64,000 nucleotides of DNA from Hyphomonadaceae bacterium. GTDB lineage: Bacteria; Pseudomonadota; Alphaproteobacteria; Caulobacterales; Hyphomonadaceae. Below are positions 13,864-24,373 of this stretch, one piece after another; position 1 is the first letter of the stretch, and each line of letters begins with the position of its first letter. The notes below the pieces were generated by a model that did not search any database, was not told where the DNA came from, and saw nothing but the letters and a program-made list of their open reading frames with translations. Position numbers and translations under genes: made by a program. Location: contig OZ257144.1 in the NCBI GenBank assembly GCA_965279205.1, positions 2,415,499 to 2,479,498 of the forward strand, read 5' to 3'.

Positions 13864-15066
13864 CTAGCTCCTCGCCCCGGTGCGCCACTCGGTGAAGCTC
13901 ACCTTGCCGTCATTGTTCTGATCGACGCCCGCCGGCAGCGTCACCGCAGCCAGTTCCGACGCCTCTAGGAACCCACTCTTGTCAGCGTCCAGCGCGTCGA
14001 AGTCAGGCCGCGACTGGGAGTTCATCCAGGTCATGTACCCGCTGATGATCACCACGGCGACCAGCGAGGTCGGCAGGAAGATCTTCCAGCCCAGCCGCAT
14101 CAGCTGGTCGTAGCGGTAGCGGGGAACGATCGCCTTCACCATCGCGAACAGGAAGAAGAAGAACGTCACCTTGAACATGAACACGAACAGGCCACCCAGG
14201 CTGATCAACCAGTCAGGCAGGCCTTCCACCGGGATCGGGATCGGCATGTGCCATCCGCCGAAGAACAGGATGGTCAGCATCGCGCACATCAGCACGATCG
14301 AGACGTACTCGCCGATCATGAACATCAGGTACGGCGAGGACGAGTATTCGACCTGATAGCCCGCCACGAGTTCCGATTCCGCTTCCGGAAGATCGAAGGG
14401 TGGACGGTTCGTTTCGGCGAGCGCCGAGATGAAGAAGATCACGAACATCGGGAACATGACGAAGATCGTCGGGAACGCGAAGGCGTGCCAGTTCCAGATG
14501 CCGCCATCCTGGTGATCGACAACGTCTGTCAGGTTCAGCGAACCGACCAGCAGCAGCACGGTCACGATCACGAAGCCGATCGAGACTTCGTAGGACACCA
14601 TCTGTGCCGCTGAACGAAGACCTCCGAGGAAGGGATACTTCGAATTCGAGGCCCACCCACCCATGATGATGCCATAGACGCCAAGCGACGAGATCGCGAA
14701 CAGGTACAGCACGCCGACATTGAGATTGGCGACAACCCAGCCTGGCGCGACCGGGATCACGGCCCAGCCAACTAGCGCAAGGCTCAGTGTGATGATCGGC
14801 GCGAGCAGGAACACCGTCTTGTTGGCGCCCGCAGGAATGATGATTTCCTTGAGCACGAACTTGAACAGATCCGCGAAGGATTGAAGCAAGCCAAACGGGC
14901 CCACCACGTTGGGTCCTTTGCGCAGCTGGACCGCCGCCCAGACCTTGCGGTCCATCAGCAGCAGGAAGGCGATGCACACCAGCAGGATGATGACGAGCGC
15001 AAGGATCTGCAGCACGGCCAGGCCGATGCCGCCCCAGAGCCCACCCCATTCGAAGAGCTGTACCAT
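13864..15066 (-). CDS. nuoH: NADH-quinone oxidoreductase subunit H with C-terminal EF-hand pair extension
   Basis: 400 aa. N-terminal about 345 aa is a canonical NuoH/ND1 ([32 protein letters not shown]...). The last about 52 aa contain [13 protein letters not shown] and [13 protein letters not shown]. Stop TAG 13864-66 lies directly before the nuoI ATG. Confidence 0.95.
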   Translation of the reverse strand: MVQLFEWGGLWGGIGLAVLQILALVIILLVCIAFLLLMDRKVWAAVQLRKGPNVVGPFGLLQSFADLFKFVLKEIIIPAGANKTVFLLAPIITLSLALVGWAVIPVAPGWVVANLNVGVLYLFAISSLGVYGIIMGGWASNSKYPFLGGLRSAAQMVSYEVSIGFVIVTVLLLVGSLNLTDVVDHQDGGIWNWHAFAFPTIFVMFPMFVIFFISALAETNRPPFDLPEAESELVAGYQVEYSSSPYLMFMIGEYVSIVLMCAMLTILFFGGWHMPIPIPVEGLPDWLISLGGLFVFMFKVTFFFFLFAMVKAIVPRYRYDQLMRLGWKIFLPTSLVAVVIISGYMTWMNSQSRPDFDALDADKSGFLEASELAAVTLPAGVDQNNDGKVSFTEWRTGARS

Positions 15067-15075
15067 CCCGCCCTC

Positions 15076-17187
15076 CTATTCCGCTGCAACCGCGGGGTTC
15101 ACACCCGCAGCGAGCTCGGCGCATTCCGCCATGGTGCGCGAAGAGCGCGCGATCGGATTGGTCAGGTGGAACGCCTTGATCGGAGTCACGAACGGCGCCG
15201 ACTGCATCTGACCCGCCGCGCCATAAGGTGGCGCAACGCTGTTGGCGTGCGTGCCCGGCGCGAAGTCGAGGCCGAGGAAAGTCGGATGATCCGCGCCCAG
15301 CTGGGCGCGAACCTGCGCGAGCGTATCGTAGGGCAACGTCTTGCCGACATAGGCCGACAACGCGCGCAGGATCGCCCAGTCTTCGCGCGCGTCACCCTTC
15401 GGGGCCACGGCCCGCTGGGTCCGTTGCACGCGGCCTTCTGTGTTGACGTATGTCGCCGATTTCTCGGTGTAGGCGGCCGCCGGCAGGATCACATCGGCGC
15501 GGTGAGCGCCGTTGTCGCCATGGCTGCCGATATAGATGACGCTGACCTTGCCGAGCTTCGCCGTGTCGATCTCGTCCGCGCCGAGCAGCAGCACCGTCTT
15601 GATGTCGCCCGACTGCGCGCCGACGATGATACCTGCCACGTCCTTGCCGCCGGAGCCCGGCAGGAAGCCCATGTCGAGCCCGCCAACGCGCGAAGCCGCA
15701 GTGTGAAGTACGCTGAAGCCGTTCCAACCTTCCTTGAACGCGCCGACCGAAGCCGCCAGCGCGGAGACAGCGTGCAGCACCGCTGCGCCATCGCCGCGCG
15801 TCAGCGCGCCCTGGCCGAGAATGATCAGTGGACGTTTGGCCTTGGAGAACTCGTCGAACACCGGATGGCCGGCCTTCACGTCCTTCAGGCTATCCGGACC
15901 GGCGCCGAGATACTTGTAGTCGAATGTCAGATCGACGCGCTCACCAAGCAGCGCCACCGGAACCATGCGCAGCCACGCCTTGCGCAGGCGCGCGTTCAGC
16001 ACTGCCGCTTCCTTGCGCGGGTTCACACCGACCAGCAGGATCGCATCCGCTTCGTCGATGCCCATGATGGTCGAGTTGAAGAGATAGCTATCCCGCGGCA
16101 GCTTCGAGGCGTCAGCGGCAAGACCCAGTTTCGCGCCATCCTGGCGGCAGTCGATCGACTTCACACCGAGCGAAGCGGCGAGATCCATCGCAGCCTTCAT
16201 GCCCTCGGCGCAGGCAAGGTCGCCGGCGATCACGCCGATCTGGTCGCCCGAAACTTTCAGCATCTCGGCGGCGCGTTTCAACGCATCGTCCCACGTCACA
16301 GCTTTCAGCTCGCCGTTCTCGCGGACATACGGCTTGTCGAGACGCTGGCGGCCGAGGCCATCGCATGCAAAGCGCGTCTTGTCCGAGATCCACTCCTCGT
16401 TGATCTCTTCGTTGACACGCGGCAGGACGCGCATCACGGCGGGCCCGCGGGCATCGACGCGGATCGCCGAACCGAGCGCGTCCATGACATCGACGCTCTC
16501 TGTCTTGCGCAGCTCCCACGAGCGGGAGTTGAATGCGTATGGCTTCGAGGTCAGCGCACCGACCGGGCACAGATCGATCACGTTGCCGGAGAGTTCGCTC
16601 GTCAGCGACTTCTCGAGGTAGGTGGTGATCTCGGCGTCTTCGCCGCGGTTCGCGAGACCGATCTCATCCACGCCCGCCACTTCCGACGCAAAGCGCACGC
16701 AACGTGTGCACTGGATGCAGCGGGTCATGATGGTCTTGACCAGCGGGCCCATGTTCTTGTCGTCGACGGCGCGCTTGTTCTCGGTGTAGCGCGTGGCGGC
16801 GCGGCCATAACCCATCGCCTGGTCCTGCAGGTCGCACTCGCCCCCCTGGTCGCAGATCGGGCAATCCAGCGGGTGGTTGATAAGCAGGAATTCCATGACG
16901 CCGTTGCGCGCCTTGGTGGCGCGTGGCGATTTGGTGGAAATCTCGTGCGGTGTTCCGTCCTTCTTGGGCGCCATATCGCCCACCGTCTGGGCGCACGACG
17001 CGATCGGCTTCGGCGCGCCAACCCAGTCGACCAGACACATGCGGCAATTGCCGGCGATCGACAGACGCTCGTGATAGCAGAAGCGTGGAATCTCGGCGCC
17101 GGCCAGCTCGCAGGCCTGCAGCAGCGTGTACGTCTTCGGCGCGTCCACCGCGACGCCATCGACAATGAGTTTGACGGTGTCGGTCAT
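15076..17187 (-). CDS. nuoG: NADH-quinone oxidoreductase subunit G
   Basis: 703 aa. N-terminal 2Fe-2S/4Fe-4S cysteine clusters (CYHERLSIAGNCRMCLV, CPICDQGGEC) and a molybdopterin-like domain. Confidence 0.95.
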   Translation of the reverse strand: MTDTVKLIVDGVAVDAPKTYTLLQACELAGAEIPRFCYHERLSIAGNCRMCLVDWVGAPKPIASCAQTVGDMAPKKDGTPHEISTKSPRATKARNGVMEFLLINHPLDCPICDQGGECDLQDQAMGYGRAATRYTENKRAVDDKNMGPLVKTIMTRCIQCTRCVRFASEVAGVDEIGLANRGEDAEITTYLEKSLTSELSGNVIDLCPVGALTSKPYAFNSRSWELRKTESVDVMDALGSAIRVDARGPAVMRVLPRVNEEINEEWISDKTRFACDGLGRQRLDKPYVRENGELKAVTWDDALKRAAEMLKVSGDQIGVIAGDLACAEGMKAAMDLAASLGVKSIDCRQDGAKLGLAADASKLPRDSYLFNSTIMGIDEADAILLVGVNPRKEAAVLNARLRKAWLRMVPVALLGERVDLTFDYKYLGAGPDSLKDVKAGHPVFDEFSKAKRPLIILGQGALTRGDGAAVLHAVSALAASVGAFKEGWNGFSVLHTAASRVGGLDMGFLPGSGGKDVAGIIVGAQSGDIKTVLLLGADEIDTAKLGKVSVIYIGSHGDNGAHRADVILPAAAYTEKSATYVNTEGRVQRTQRAVAPKGDAREDWAILRALSAYVGKTLPYDTLAQVRAQLGADHPTFLGLDFAPGTHANSVAPPYGAAGQMQSAPFVTPIKAFHLTNPIARSSRTMAECAELAAGVNPAVAAE

Positions 17188-17190
17188 GCC

Positions 17191-18498
17191 CTACTCCGCC
17201 GCCAGCGTGTGACCCGGCACGTGCGGCCGGCCCTGACGGTAGTTCGTGATGCGGTCCTCGATCTCCTGACGGAAATGGCGGATGAGGCCCTGGATCGGCC
17301 ACGCGGCGGCGTCGCCCAGCGCACAGATCGTATGACCTTCCACCTGGCTCGCGACGTCGAGCAGCGTGTCGATTTCCGACGTCTCGCTCTCGCCCTTGGC
17401 CATGCGCTCGAGCACGCGCCACATCCAGCCAGTGCCTTCGCGGCACGGCGTGCACTGGCCACAGCTCTCATGCTTGTAGAAGTATGCAATGCGCGCGATC
17501 GCCTTGATCAGGTCGGTCGACTTGTCCATCACGATCACGGCTGCTGTGCCGAGGCCCGACTTCACGTCGCGCAGCGCGTCGAAATCCATCAGCACCGTGT
17601 CGCAGATCTCTTTCGGGATCATCGGCACCGAAGACCCGCCCGGAATGATCGCTTTCAGGTTGCCCCAACCGCCACGCACGCCGCCGCAATGCTCTTCGAT
17701 CAGCGTCTTCAGCGGGATCGACATCTCTTCTTCGATATTGCACGGCCGCTCGACGTGGCCGGAGATGCAGAACACTTTCGTGCCCGTGTTGTTCGGGCGG
17801 CCAAAACCCGCGAACCAGCCGGCGCCACGGCGCAGGATGGTCGGCGCGACGGCGATCGACTCGACATTGTTCACGGTCGTCGGGCAGCCATAGAGGCCGG
17901 CGTTCGCCGGGAAAGGCGGCTTCAGGCGCGGCTGGCCCTTCTTGCCTTCGAGGCTTTCAAGCAGCGCAGTCTCTTCACCGCAGATGTACGCGCCGGCGCC
18001 GTGGTGGCAGTAGATGTCGAAATCCCAACCCGAGCCGCAGGCGTTCTTGCCAACCAGGCCAGCCGCATAGGCTTCCTTGATCGCTTCCTCGAGACACTCA
18101 CGCTCGAAGATGTATTCGCCGCGCAGGTAGATGTAGCACTTATTGGCGCGCATCGCGTACGACGCGATCAGGCAGCCTTCGATCAGCAGGTGCGGATCGT
18201 GGCGCATGATGTCCCGGTCCTTGCAGGTGCCGGGTTCGGATTCATCCGCGTTGACGACGAGATAATGCGGCCGGTCCTTCACGACCTTCGGCATGAAGGT
18301 CCACTTCAAGCCGGTCGGGAAGCCCGCCCCGCCCCGTCCACGCAGGCCCGATGCCTTGATCTGGTCGCAGATCCACTCCGGACCAAACTGCATCAGCTCC
18401 TTCGTGGAATTCCACGCGCCGCGCTGCTTCGCGGCTTCCAGCCGGAAGTCGTGCCGCCCGTAGAGGTTGGTGAAGATCCGGTCCTTATCGAGAAGCAC
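17191..18498 (-). CDS. nuoF: NADH-quinone oxidoreductase subunit F
   Basis: 435 aa. FMN/NADH site [10 protein letters not shown] and 4Fe-4S motif [12 protein letters not shown]. Confidence 0.95.
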   Translation of the reverse strand: MLLDKDRIFTNLYGRHDFRLEAAKQRGAWNSTKELMQFGPEWICDQIKASGLRGRGGAGFPTGLKWTFMPKVVKDRPHYLVVNADESEPGTCKDRDIMRHDPHLLIEGCLIASYAMRANKCYIYLRGEYIFERECLEEAIKEAYAAGLVGKNACGSGWDFDIYCHHGAGAYICGEETALLESLEGKKGQPRLKPPFPANAGLYGCPTTVNNVESIAVAPTILRRGAGWFAGFGRPNNTGTKVFCISGHVERPCNIEEEMSIPLKTLIEEHCGGVRGGWGNLKAIIPGGSSVPMIPKEICDTVLMDFDALRDVKSGLGTAAVIVMDKSTDLIKAIARIAYFYKHESCGQCTPCREGTGWMWRVLERMAKGESETSEIDTLLDVASQVEGHTICALGDAAAWPIQGLIRHFRQEIEDRITNYRQGRPHVPGHTLAAE

Positions 18499-18712
18499 GG
18501 TTGCGCTCCCTGGCTTCTCTTACGAGCTTGATGATCGCGGGCACGCTGAAACCCAGTCCCGCCAGAACGCCCATCACGATCCAGATCCACTTGCCGGTCG
18601 CGAAATAGCCGATCACGCCGGCTGCAATGCACAGCGCCTCGAAGATGCCGGCTCGCACGAGCTCGGCCATCATTTCCTTGCTGGGGTGGTTGTCCGCCAT
18701 GCCGCGCCTCAT
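18485..18712 (-). CDS. Small 2-TM membrane protein encoded between nuoE and nuoF (possibly the DUF5337-type nuo-operon insert)
   Basis: 75 aa with high GC3 and two hydrophobic helices ([35 protein letters not shown]). ATGA overlap with the nuoE stop and 14-nt overlap with the nuoF start. Confidence 0.65.
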   Translation of the reverse strand: MRRGMADNHPSKEMMAELVRAGIFEALCIAAGVIGYFATGKWIWIVMGVLAGLGFSVPAIIKLVREARERNRASR

Positions 18713-19404
18713 GCCTTCGCCGGCGGCGGGGCCGCATTGGGGTCAACAGGTTTGGGCGCGTTCGGTATGGCCGCCAGCGGCTTCGCCTTGGTGCCGTCGT
18801 AAAGCGATTCATCGGTCAGGGACGTCGGTGAACCTTCCGGCGCGCTGGTCTGGCGTTTCACATACGTCCCCGGCTTCGGATCATTCCCCGACGCCAGATC
18901 GTCCATGATCTTCTCAAGCGTCTCGATCGATAGATCTTCGTAATAATAGTCGTTGATCTGGATCATCGGCGCATTCACGCACGCGCCGAGGCATTCCACT
19001 TCGACCCACGAGAACTTGCCGCCGCCGGAGACATGACCCTTCGGCCCGATCTTGCGTTCGCAGAAGTCCTTCAGCTTGTCCGCCCCGCGCAGCATGCACG
19101 GCGTCGTGCCGCAGACCTGCAGGTGGAATTTGCCGACCGGCTCCAGATTGAACATCGTGTAGAAGGTCGCGATCTCGTAGACGCGGATGTACGTCATGCC
19201 CAGCCGGTCAGCGACCGCACGCAGCGCAGGCTCGGACAACCAGCCGGCATTCTGCTTCTGCGTTACCCACAGCGCGGGGATGACCGCCGATGCGCGGCGC
19301 TCGGTCGGATACTTACGCTCCCACCACGCAATCTGGTCTTCCGTCGCCTGCGTGAACGCAAACGGCTCGTGGTGAGACGGGTCGTGGAAACGGCGATGGC
19401 TCAA
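18709..19404 (-). CDS. nuoE: NADH-quinone oxidoreductase subunit E
   Basis: 231 aa. 2Fe-2S thioredoxin-like fold ([10 protein letters not shown]...CLGACVNAP) and a Pro/Ala-rich tail. Confidence 0.95.
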   Translation of the reverse strand: MSHRRFHDPSHHEPFAFTQATEDQIAWWERKYPTERRASAVIPALWVTQKQNAGWLSEPALRAVADRLGMTYIRVYEIATFYTMFNLEPVGKFHLQVCGTTPCMLRGADKLKDFCERKIGPKGHVSGGGKFSWVEVECLGACVNAPMIQINDYYYEDLSIETLEKIMDDLASGNDPKPGTYVKRQTSAPEGSPTSLTDESLYDGTKAKPLAAIPNAPKPVDPNAAPPPAKA

Positions 19405-20603
19405 CGATCGACCTCCCCGAACACGATGTCGAGCGAACCAAGGATAGCCGAGACGTCAGCCAGCATGTGGCCGCGGCAGAGATGGTCCATCGCGTGCAGA
19501 TGCGCGTAACCCGGCGCCTTGATCTTCAGCCGGTACGGCCGGTTGCCGCCGTCGGTGACCAGATAGACGCCGAACTCACCCTTGGGCGCCTCGACGCAAG
19601 CATAGGTCTCGCCCGCGGGAACGTGAAAGCCTTCAGTGTAGAGTTTGAAGTGATGGATCAGCGCTTCCATCGAGTTCTTCATCTCGCCACGGCGCGGTGG
19701 CGCGAACTTCGAATGCTCGGGCAGCACCGGCCCGACAGGCATCTTGTCGATGCACTGCTTGATGATCTTCACGCTCTCGCGCATCTCCTCGATGCGGCAG
19801 AGATAGCGATCCCAGCAGTCGCCGTTCTTGCCGACCGGAATCTTGAAGTCGAGTTCCGAGTAGATCTCGTACGGTTCCGCGCGGCGCAGGTCCCACGCCA
19901 GGCCAGATCCACGCACCATCACGCCTGAGAAGCCCCAGGCCAGCGCGTCTTCCACCGATACTACGCCGATGTCGACGTTGCGCTGCTTGAAAATGCGGTT
20001 CTCGGTCACAAGCGCTTCGATATCATCGAGCGTCTTCAGGAACGGACCGCAGAATTTGTGGATGTCCTCCACCAGTTCCGGCGGCAGGTCCTGGTGAACG
20101 CCGCCCGGCCGGAAATACGCCGCGTGCATCCGCGAACCTGACGCGCGCTCATAGAACACCATCAGCTGTTCGCGCGGCTCGAAGCCCCACAGCGGCGGCG
20201 TCAGCGCGCCCACGTCCATCGCCTGCGTCGTGACGTTCAGCAGATGCGACAGCAGACGCCCAATCTCGGAAAAGATCACGCGGATGTACTTCGCACGCTC
20301 AGGAACCTGAATGCCTGCCAGCTTCTCGATCGCGAGGCAGTAAGCGTGCTCCTGGTTCATCGGCGCGACATAGTCGAGCCGGTCGAAATAAGGCAGCGCC
20401 TGCAGGAAAGTCTTGTACTCGATCAGCTTCTCGGTGCCGCGATGCAGCAACCCGATATGCGGATCGACGCGATCAACGATCTCTCCGTCGAGATCCAGCA
20501 CAAGCCGCAGAACGCCGTGCGCAGCCGGATGCTGCGGCCCAAAGTTGATCGTGAACTTGCGGTCGTCGATGTCGATCGACTTGTGGGTAGCGTCGTCAGC
20601 CAT
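19401..20603 (-). CDS. nuoD: NADH-quinone oxidoreductase subunit D
   Basis: ORF 19401..20663. Start trimmed to [34 protein letters not shown], 2 nt after the nuoC stop. Confidence 0.95.
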   Translation of the reverse strand: MADDATHKSIDIDDRKFTINFGPQHPAAHGVLRLVLDLDGEIVDRVDPHIGLLHRGTEKLIEYKTFLQALPYFDRLDYVAPMNQEHAYCLAIEKLAGIQVPERAKYIRVIFSEIGRLLSHLLNVTTQAMDVGALTPPLWGFEPREQLMVFYERASGSRMHAAYFRPGGVHQDLPPELVEDIHKFCGPFLKTLDDIEALVTENRIFKQRNVDIGVVSVEDALAWGFSGVMVRGSGLAWDLRRAEPYEIYSELDFKIPVGKNGDCWDRYLCRIEEMRESVKIIKQCIDKMPVGPVLPEHSKFAPPRRGEMKNSMEALIHHFKLYTEGFHVPAGETYACVEAPKGEFGVYLVTDGGNRPYRLKIKAPGYAHLHAMDHLCRGHMLADVSAILGSLDIVFGEVDR

Positions 20604-20605
20604 GG

Positions 20606-21232
20606 CTATTTCTTCGCCTCGGCTTTTTCGTCGCCCGGGATCACGGCCTGCATGCCTTCCCACGGCGAAAGGAAGTCGAAGTTGCGGTATTCCTGGATCA
20701 GGTTCACCGGCTCATTGATGATGCGCTTCTGGGCCTCGTCGTAACGGACCTGCACGCGGCCAGTCAGTGGGAAGTCCTTGCGCAGCGGATATCCTTCGAA
20801 GCCGTAGTCAGTCAGAATGCGGCGCAGATCGGGATGGCCGGAGAAGATCACGCCATACATGTCGAACGCCTCGCGCTCGTACCAGTTGGCGACCGGGAAC
20901 ACATCCGTGGCGCTCGGCACCGGCGTGGATTCATCCGTGCGAACTTTGACTCGAATACGCTGGTTCAAGCGCATCGAAAGCATGTGGTAGACGACTTCGA
21001 AGCGCTCGGGCTCGGTCGGATAATCGCAAGCGCAGATATCGACTAGTGTCTCGAACCGGCACTGGCTGTCGTCGCGCAGGAAGACCAGCAGCTTCGCAAT
21101 TCCGTCGCGCGCCGCCATAACGGTCAGCTCGCCATGCGTCACCACCATGCCGGTGATGGCCTTGGCCTGTGTTGCTTCAAGATGAATTTTCAGCTCCGAG
21201 ATCATCGCGGAACGGGTGGGCAAAGCGCTCAT
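20606..21232 (-). CDS. nuoC: NADH-quinone oxidoreductase subunit C
   Basis: 208 aa, 30-kDa subunit family, conserved position. Confidence 0.95.
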   Translation of the reverse strand: MSALPTRSAMISELKIHLEATQAKAITGMVVTHGELTVMAARDGIAKLLVFLRDDSQCRFETLVDICACDYPTEPERFEVVYHMLSMRLNQRIRVKVRTDESTPVPSATDVFPVANWYEREAFDMYGVIFSGHPDLRRILTDYGFEGYPLRKDFPLTGRVQVRYDEAQKRIINEPVNLIQEYRNFDFLSPWEGMQAVIPGDEKAEAKK

Positions 21233-21798
21233 CGCTCGATGCTCCCCTCACGGCGGATCTTCTTCTGAAGCTGCAGCAGGCCGTAGATCAGCGCCTCGGC
21301 CGTCGGCGGACAGCCCGGGATATAGATGTCGACTGGCACGATGCGGTCGCATCCGCGCACCACGGCATAGCTGTAGTGATAGTAGCCCCCGCCGTTGGCG
21401 CACGATCCCATCGAGATCACATAACGCGGCTCCGGCATCTGGTCGTAGACTTTGCGAAGCGCCGGGGCCATCTTGTTGGTCAACGTACCGGCGACGATCA
21501 TCACGTCCGACTGGCGTGGGCTCGCGCGCGGCGCGGCGCCGAAGCGCTCCATGTCATAGCGCGGCATCGACGCCTGCATCATCTCGACCGCGCAGCAGGC
21601 GAGACCGAAGGTCATCCACATCAGCGAGCCGGTGCGCGCCCACGTGATCAGATCGTCGGCCGCTGCAACGATAAAACCCTTGTCGGCCAGTTCGTCCGAC
21701 AGGCTCGAGAAGAACGGATCGTTCGGCTTGACCAGCGCTCCGCCCTCAGGACGGGCAACGCGAGCAGCGGCGCCGGCGGCTACCTTTGGCTCGGCCAT
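21229..21798 (-). CDS. nuoB: NADH-quinone oxidoreductase subunit B
   Basis: ORF 21229..21828. Start trimmed to MAEPK..., which overlaps the nuoA stop (TAATG). Motifs [10 protein letters not shown] and CPP. Confidence 0.95.
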   Translation of the reverse strand: MAEPKVAAGAAARVARPEGGALVKPNDPFFSSLSDELADKGFIVAAADDLITWARTGSLMWMTFGLACCAVEMMQASMPRYDMERFGAAPRASPRQSDVMIVAGTLTNKMAPALRKVYDQMPEPRYVISMGSCANGGGYYHYSYAVVRGCDRIVPVDIYIPGCPPTAEALIYGLLQLQKKIRREGSIER

Positions 21799-22172
21799 TA
21801 TTGCCACTCCAGCGCGCCACGGCGCCACTCATAGACAAAGCCGACCGTCAGAACGCCGAGGAATGTCATCATCGACCAGAAGGCGAAGATATTGCCCTCC
21901 GCTACCTGGAACACCCAGGGGAACAGGAAGGCCACTTCGAGGTCGAAAATGATGAAAAGGATCGAGACGAGGTAGAATCGGACGTCGAATTTCATGCGTG
22001 CGTCGTCGAATGCGTTGAACCCGCATTCATAGGCCGACAGCTTCTCCGGATCGGGCTTGCGCGGGGCGAGCAGCGCCGACGCAACAAGAAAGAGGCAGCT
22101 CAACGCCACCGCGATCACAAGAAAAATCACGACCGGCAGATAGTTGGTGACGAGCGTCTGCACGTCGGCCAT
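21798..22172 (-). CDS. nuoA: NADH-quinone oxidoreductase subunit A
   Basis: ORF 21798..22331. Start trimmed to [21 protein letters not shown] (124 aa, typical NuoA size). Motif YECGF. Confidence 0.9.
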   Translation of the reverse strand: MADVQTLVTNYLPVVIFLVIAVALSCLFLVASALLAPRKPDPEKLSAYECGFNAFDDARMKFDVRFYLVSILFIIFDLEVAFLFPWVFQVAEGNIFAFWSMMTFLGVLTVGFVYEWRRGALEWQ

Positions 22173-22352
22173 TTTTACCCTCGGCTTGGCGTTTGCCGGA
22201 CGGCCTATTCCGCTTTGACGTACGAGGCAATAGAGCCGCTTCGCACATGCGTGAATCTTAGACGCGCTGCGACTTTCGGGCCTGAAATCCGGGCTGTGGA
22301 CTACTTCCGCGAGTGCGATGGAAGGTCGCAATCCCGATCATCAAACGCTAGG

Positions 22353-23342
22353 TCAGACGATGGGCTGAACCCTGTCACGAACCCACAGCGACAGCAGCCA
22401 TTTCTCGCCCCGCGTCGGTGGCAGTCCAGCATGCAACGTCGAAGCATCCGGCTGGCCCTTCGAAGTCACGTTATAGAACAGCAGAGCATCGCCCGGCTTC
22501 CCGCGATATTTCCAGCCGAGCTTCGGAAAGCCCGTCTCCCCACCGTCGAAATCGTCATTCAGATAGACAAGGCAGGTCGCGACACGCTGGCCCAGCATGG
22601 CCAGTTCCTGCTGGAAGGCTGGAACGCCCGGATTGATGAAGTCGAAATGGGCCCGGTATTCCTGCCCCGGCTCGTAATGCAGCAGGTTCGGGGGCTCGTG
22701 CTGATGTAGCGGGAGCCTCGCCATCCGCGCCAGCCGCTCCTGCACCAGCACCATCGCTACATCCGTGCCAGTAAGCCGGAAAGCCGCTGCACGGGCTGTC
22801 CGCATCGCGTCGGGTCTCGGCTCGCCGGTCTCGACATGGCTGACCTGCCCGGTGGCCAATCCTCCGCGTCCACGTTCGATGATCCAGCGGCAAAGCGCCT
22901 TGGGAATGAACCCCTCGATCGTGAAAACGGCCGGCGACAAGTGCTGCTGCAGGACTCTCGGGGACGCCAGTAGCCGATCGAGATCGATCTCCGCCCTCAC
23001 CTTCCCCCAGATCGGCGCGCGAGGCGTGCGCGTCGCGAGGTCCTTGCGGCCAGACAGAATGACAAGCTGTTTTTGCGCGGGGCGGTGTCCAAGATCGGCA
23101 GCGCGCGCCAGCAGATCCAGCGCCTCGCCGAAATCCGCCTTCCGCGCGACGCCAACCGCCGCCAGAACCGCCAGCCGCTCCAACGCCAGACCGGAACCTG
23201 CAGCCGCGGCCGCCTCATAAAGTATGCGTGCGGATTCCGGGCTCGCCTGGGTGTCATCGCCCATCAGCACACGATCAGCGGCCGCGACGGCTGGATCACT
23301 AGAGAAAGCGGAAAACGTCGTGGGCATCGCCTGTTCTGTCAT
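22353..23342 (-). CDS. Sel1-like repeat + 2OG-Fe(II) oxygenase (prolyl 4-hydroxylase alpha-like) protein, paralog 1
   Basis: ORF 22353..23411, start trimmed to MTEQAMPTT. N-terminal Sel1-like repeats (LYEAAAAAGSGLALERLAVLAAVGVARKADFGEALDLLARAADLGHRPAQ). C-terminal P4Hc-like core (YEPGQEYRAHFDF...HAGLPPTRGEKWLLSLWVR). Confidence 0.7.
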   Translation of the reverse strand: MTEQAMPTTFSAFSSDPAVAAADRVLMGDDTQASPESARILYEAAAAAGSGLALERLAVLAAVGVARKADFGEALDLLARAADLGHRPAQKQLVILSGRKDLATRTPRAPIWGKVRAEIDLDRLLASPRVLQQHLSPAVFTIEGFIPKALCRWIIERGRGGLATGQVSHVETGEPRPDAMRTARAAAFRLTGTDVAMVLVQERLARMARLPLHQHEPPNLLHYEPGQEYRAHFDFINPGVPAFQQELAMLGQRVATCLVYLNDDFDGGETGFPKLGWKYRGKPGDALLFYNVTSKGQPDASTLHAGLPPTRGEKWLLSLWVRDRVQPIV

Positions 23343-23362
23343 GAGTTCCGGGCAGCCCCAAA

Positions 23363-24346
23363 TCAGATGATGGCCTGCACTCGGTCGCGTACCCACTGCG
23401 ACAGCAGCCATTTCCGCCCGCGTGTCACGGGCAGCCCTGCATGCAGCGTCATCGGATCAGGCTGCTTGTCGGTCGTCCGGACGTTCAGAAACAGCATCGC
23501 ATCGCCGACCCTGCCGCGATGCTTCCAGTCGATCTTCGGGAAGGCAGTCTCGCCGCCCTCATAATCCTCGTTGAGCCAGGTCAGGCATGTCGCCACTCTC
23601 TGGCCCATGATCGCCAGCTGCTTCTGGAAAGCCGGAACGCCGGGATTCATGAAGTCGAAATGCGCCTTGTATTCTTGGCCGGGATCATAACTCAGCACGT
23701 GCGGAGCTTCCTGCTGGTGCACCATCAGCCCCGAACCCCGCGCCAACCGCTCCTGCGTCAGCACCATCACGACATCCGTGTCGACAAGGCCGAACCCAGC
23801 CGCGAGGCCTGTGCGCATAGGGTCAGGCACCCATCGTCCCGTGGCAAAGTCGCCCACCAGGGCCGGCGTCAGCCGGGTGGTCGCTTTCGAAATGAGCCAT
23901 CCGCACATCGCGGGCGTCGCCAATCCGTCGATCAGCGCAATCGCAGGCGACTCACGAATCCGCCTCAGCGGCGGCGGTCTCAGGAGGACCTTCATATCGA
24001 TCTCTTTGCGGAGCGTTCGCCACGGCGCTATCGCCCCCGCCCAGTCGCCGGAGTCCCTGCCGGCGAGCACCGCGAGTTGACCTTGCGCCGGCTTCCAGCC
24101 GAGCTCGGCGGCCTCCGCCAGCCGGTCCAGCGCCTCGGCCCAACTCGCCGGCCGTCCGACCCCCATTGCTGCCAACACCGCCAGCCGTTCAGCGGCCGCG
24201 CCGGAGCCAGCCGCCATCGCTTCCCGATAGAGGCCAGTCGCCCGCGCGGGGTCCGCCGGCTGGCCGCCGCCACCGACCAGAATAGAGTTCGCGGCGACGA
24301 CACGTTCATCGCGCTCAACGGCGGAATTGTCTGGATTTGCGGTCAT
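23363..24346 (-). CDS. Sel1-like repeat + 2OG-Fe(II) oxygenase (prolyl 4-hydroxylase alpha-like) protein, paralog 2
   Basis: 327 aa with the same architecture as 22353..23342 (YDPGQEYKAHFDF...HAGLPVTRGRKWLLSQWVR). 20-nt spacer to paralog 1. Confidence 0.7.
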   Translation of the reverse strand: MTANPDNSAVERDERVVAANSILVGGGGQPADPARATGLYREAMAAGSGAAAERLAVLAAMGVGRPASWAEALDRLAEAAELGWKPAQGQLAVLAGRDSGDWAGAIAPWRTLRKEIDMKVLLRPPPLRRIRESPAIALIDGLATPAMCGWLISKATTRLTPALVGDFATGRWVPDPMRTGLAAGFGLVDTDVVMVLTQERLARGSGLMVHQQEAPHVLSYDPGQEYKAHFDFMNPGVPAFQKQLAIMGQRVATCLTWLNEDYEGGETAFPKIDWKHRGRVGDAMLFLNVRTTDKQPDPMTLHAGLPVTRGRKWLLSQWVRDRVQAII

Positions 24347-24373
24347 TTTCGGCCGCCCGATCTTTTCGATACC

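Noticed and set aside
14881-18531. 1216-aa plus-strand ORF spanning nuoH-nuoG-nuoF. Similar long antisense ORFs occur at 975..1910, 4756..5742, 9089..10291, 10204..11238, 24337..25599, 26412..27596, 28671..30347, 31993..33135, 33163..34572, 38580..39938, 45362..46753, 47030..48103, 53953..55038, 55129..56466 and 62641..63573.
   Set aside because: Each lies antisense to a gene with unmistakable family motifs. Their translations are Arg/Ala/His/Asp-rich low-complexity strings with no motifs, which is the expected stop-codon-poor antisense frames of high-GC DNA.
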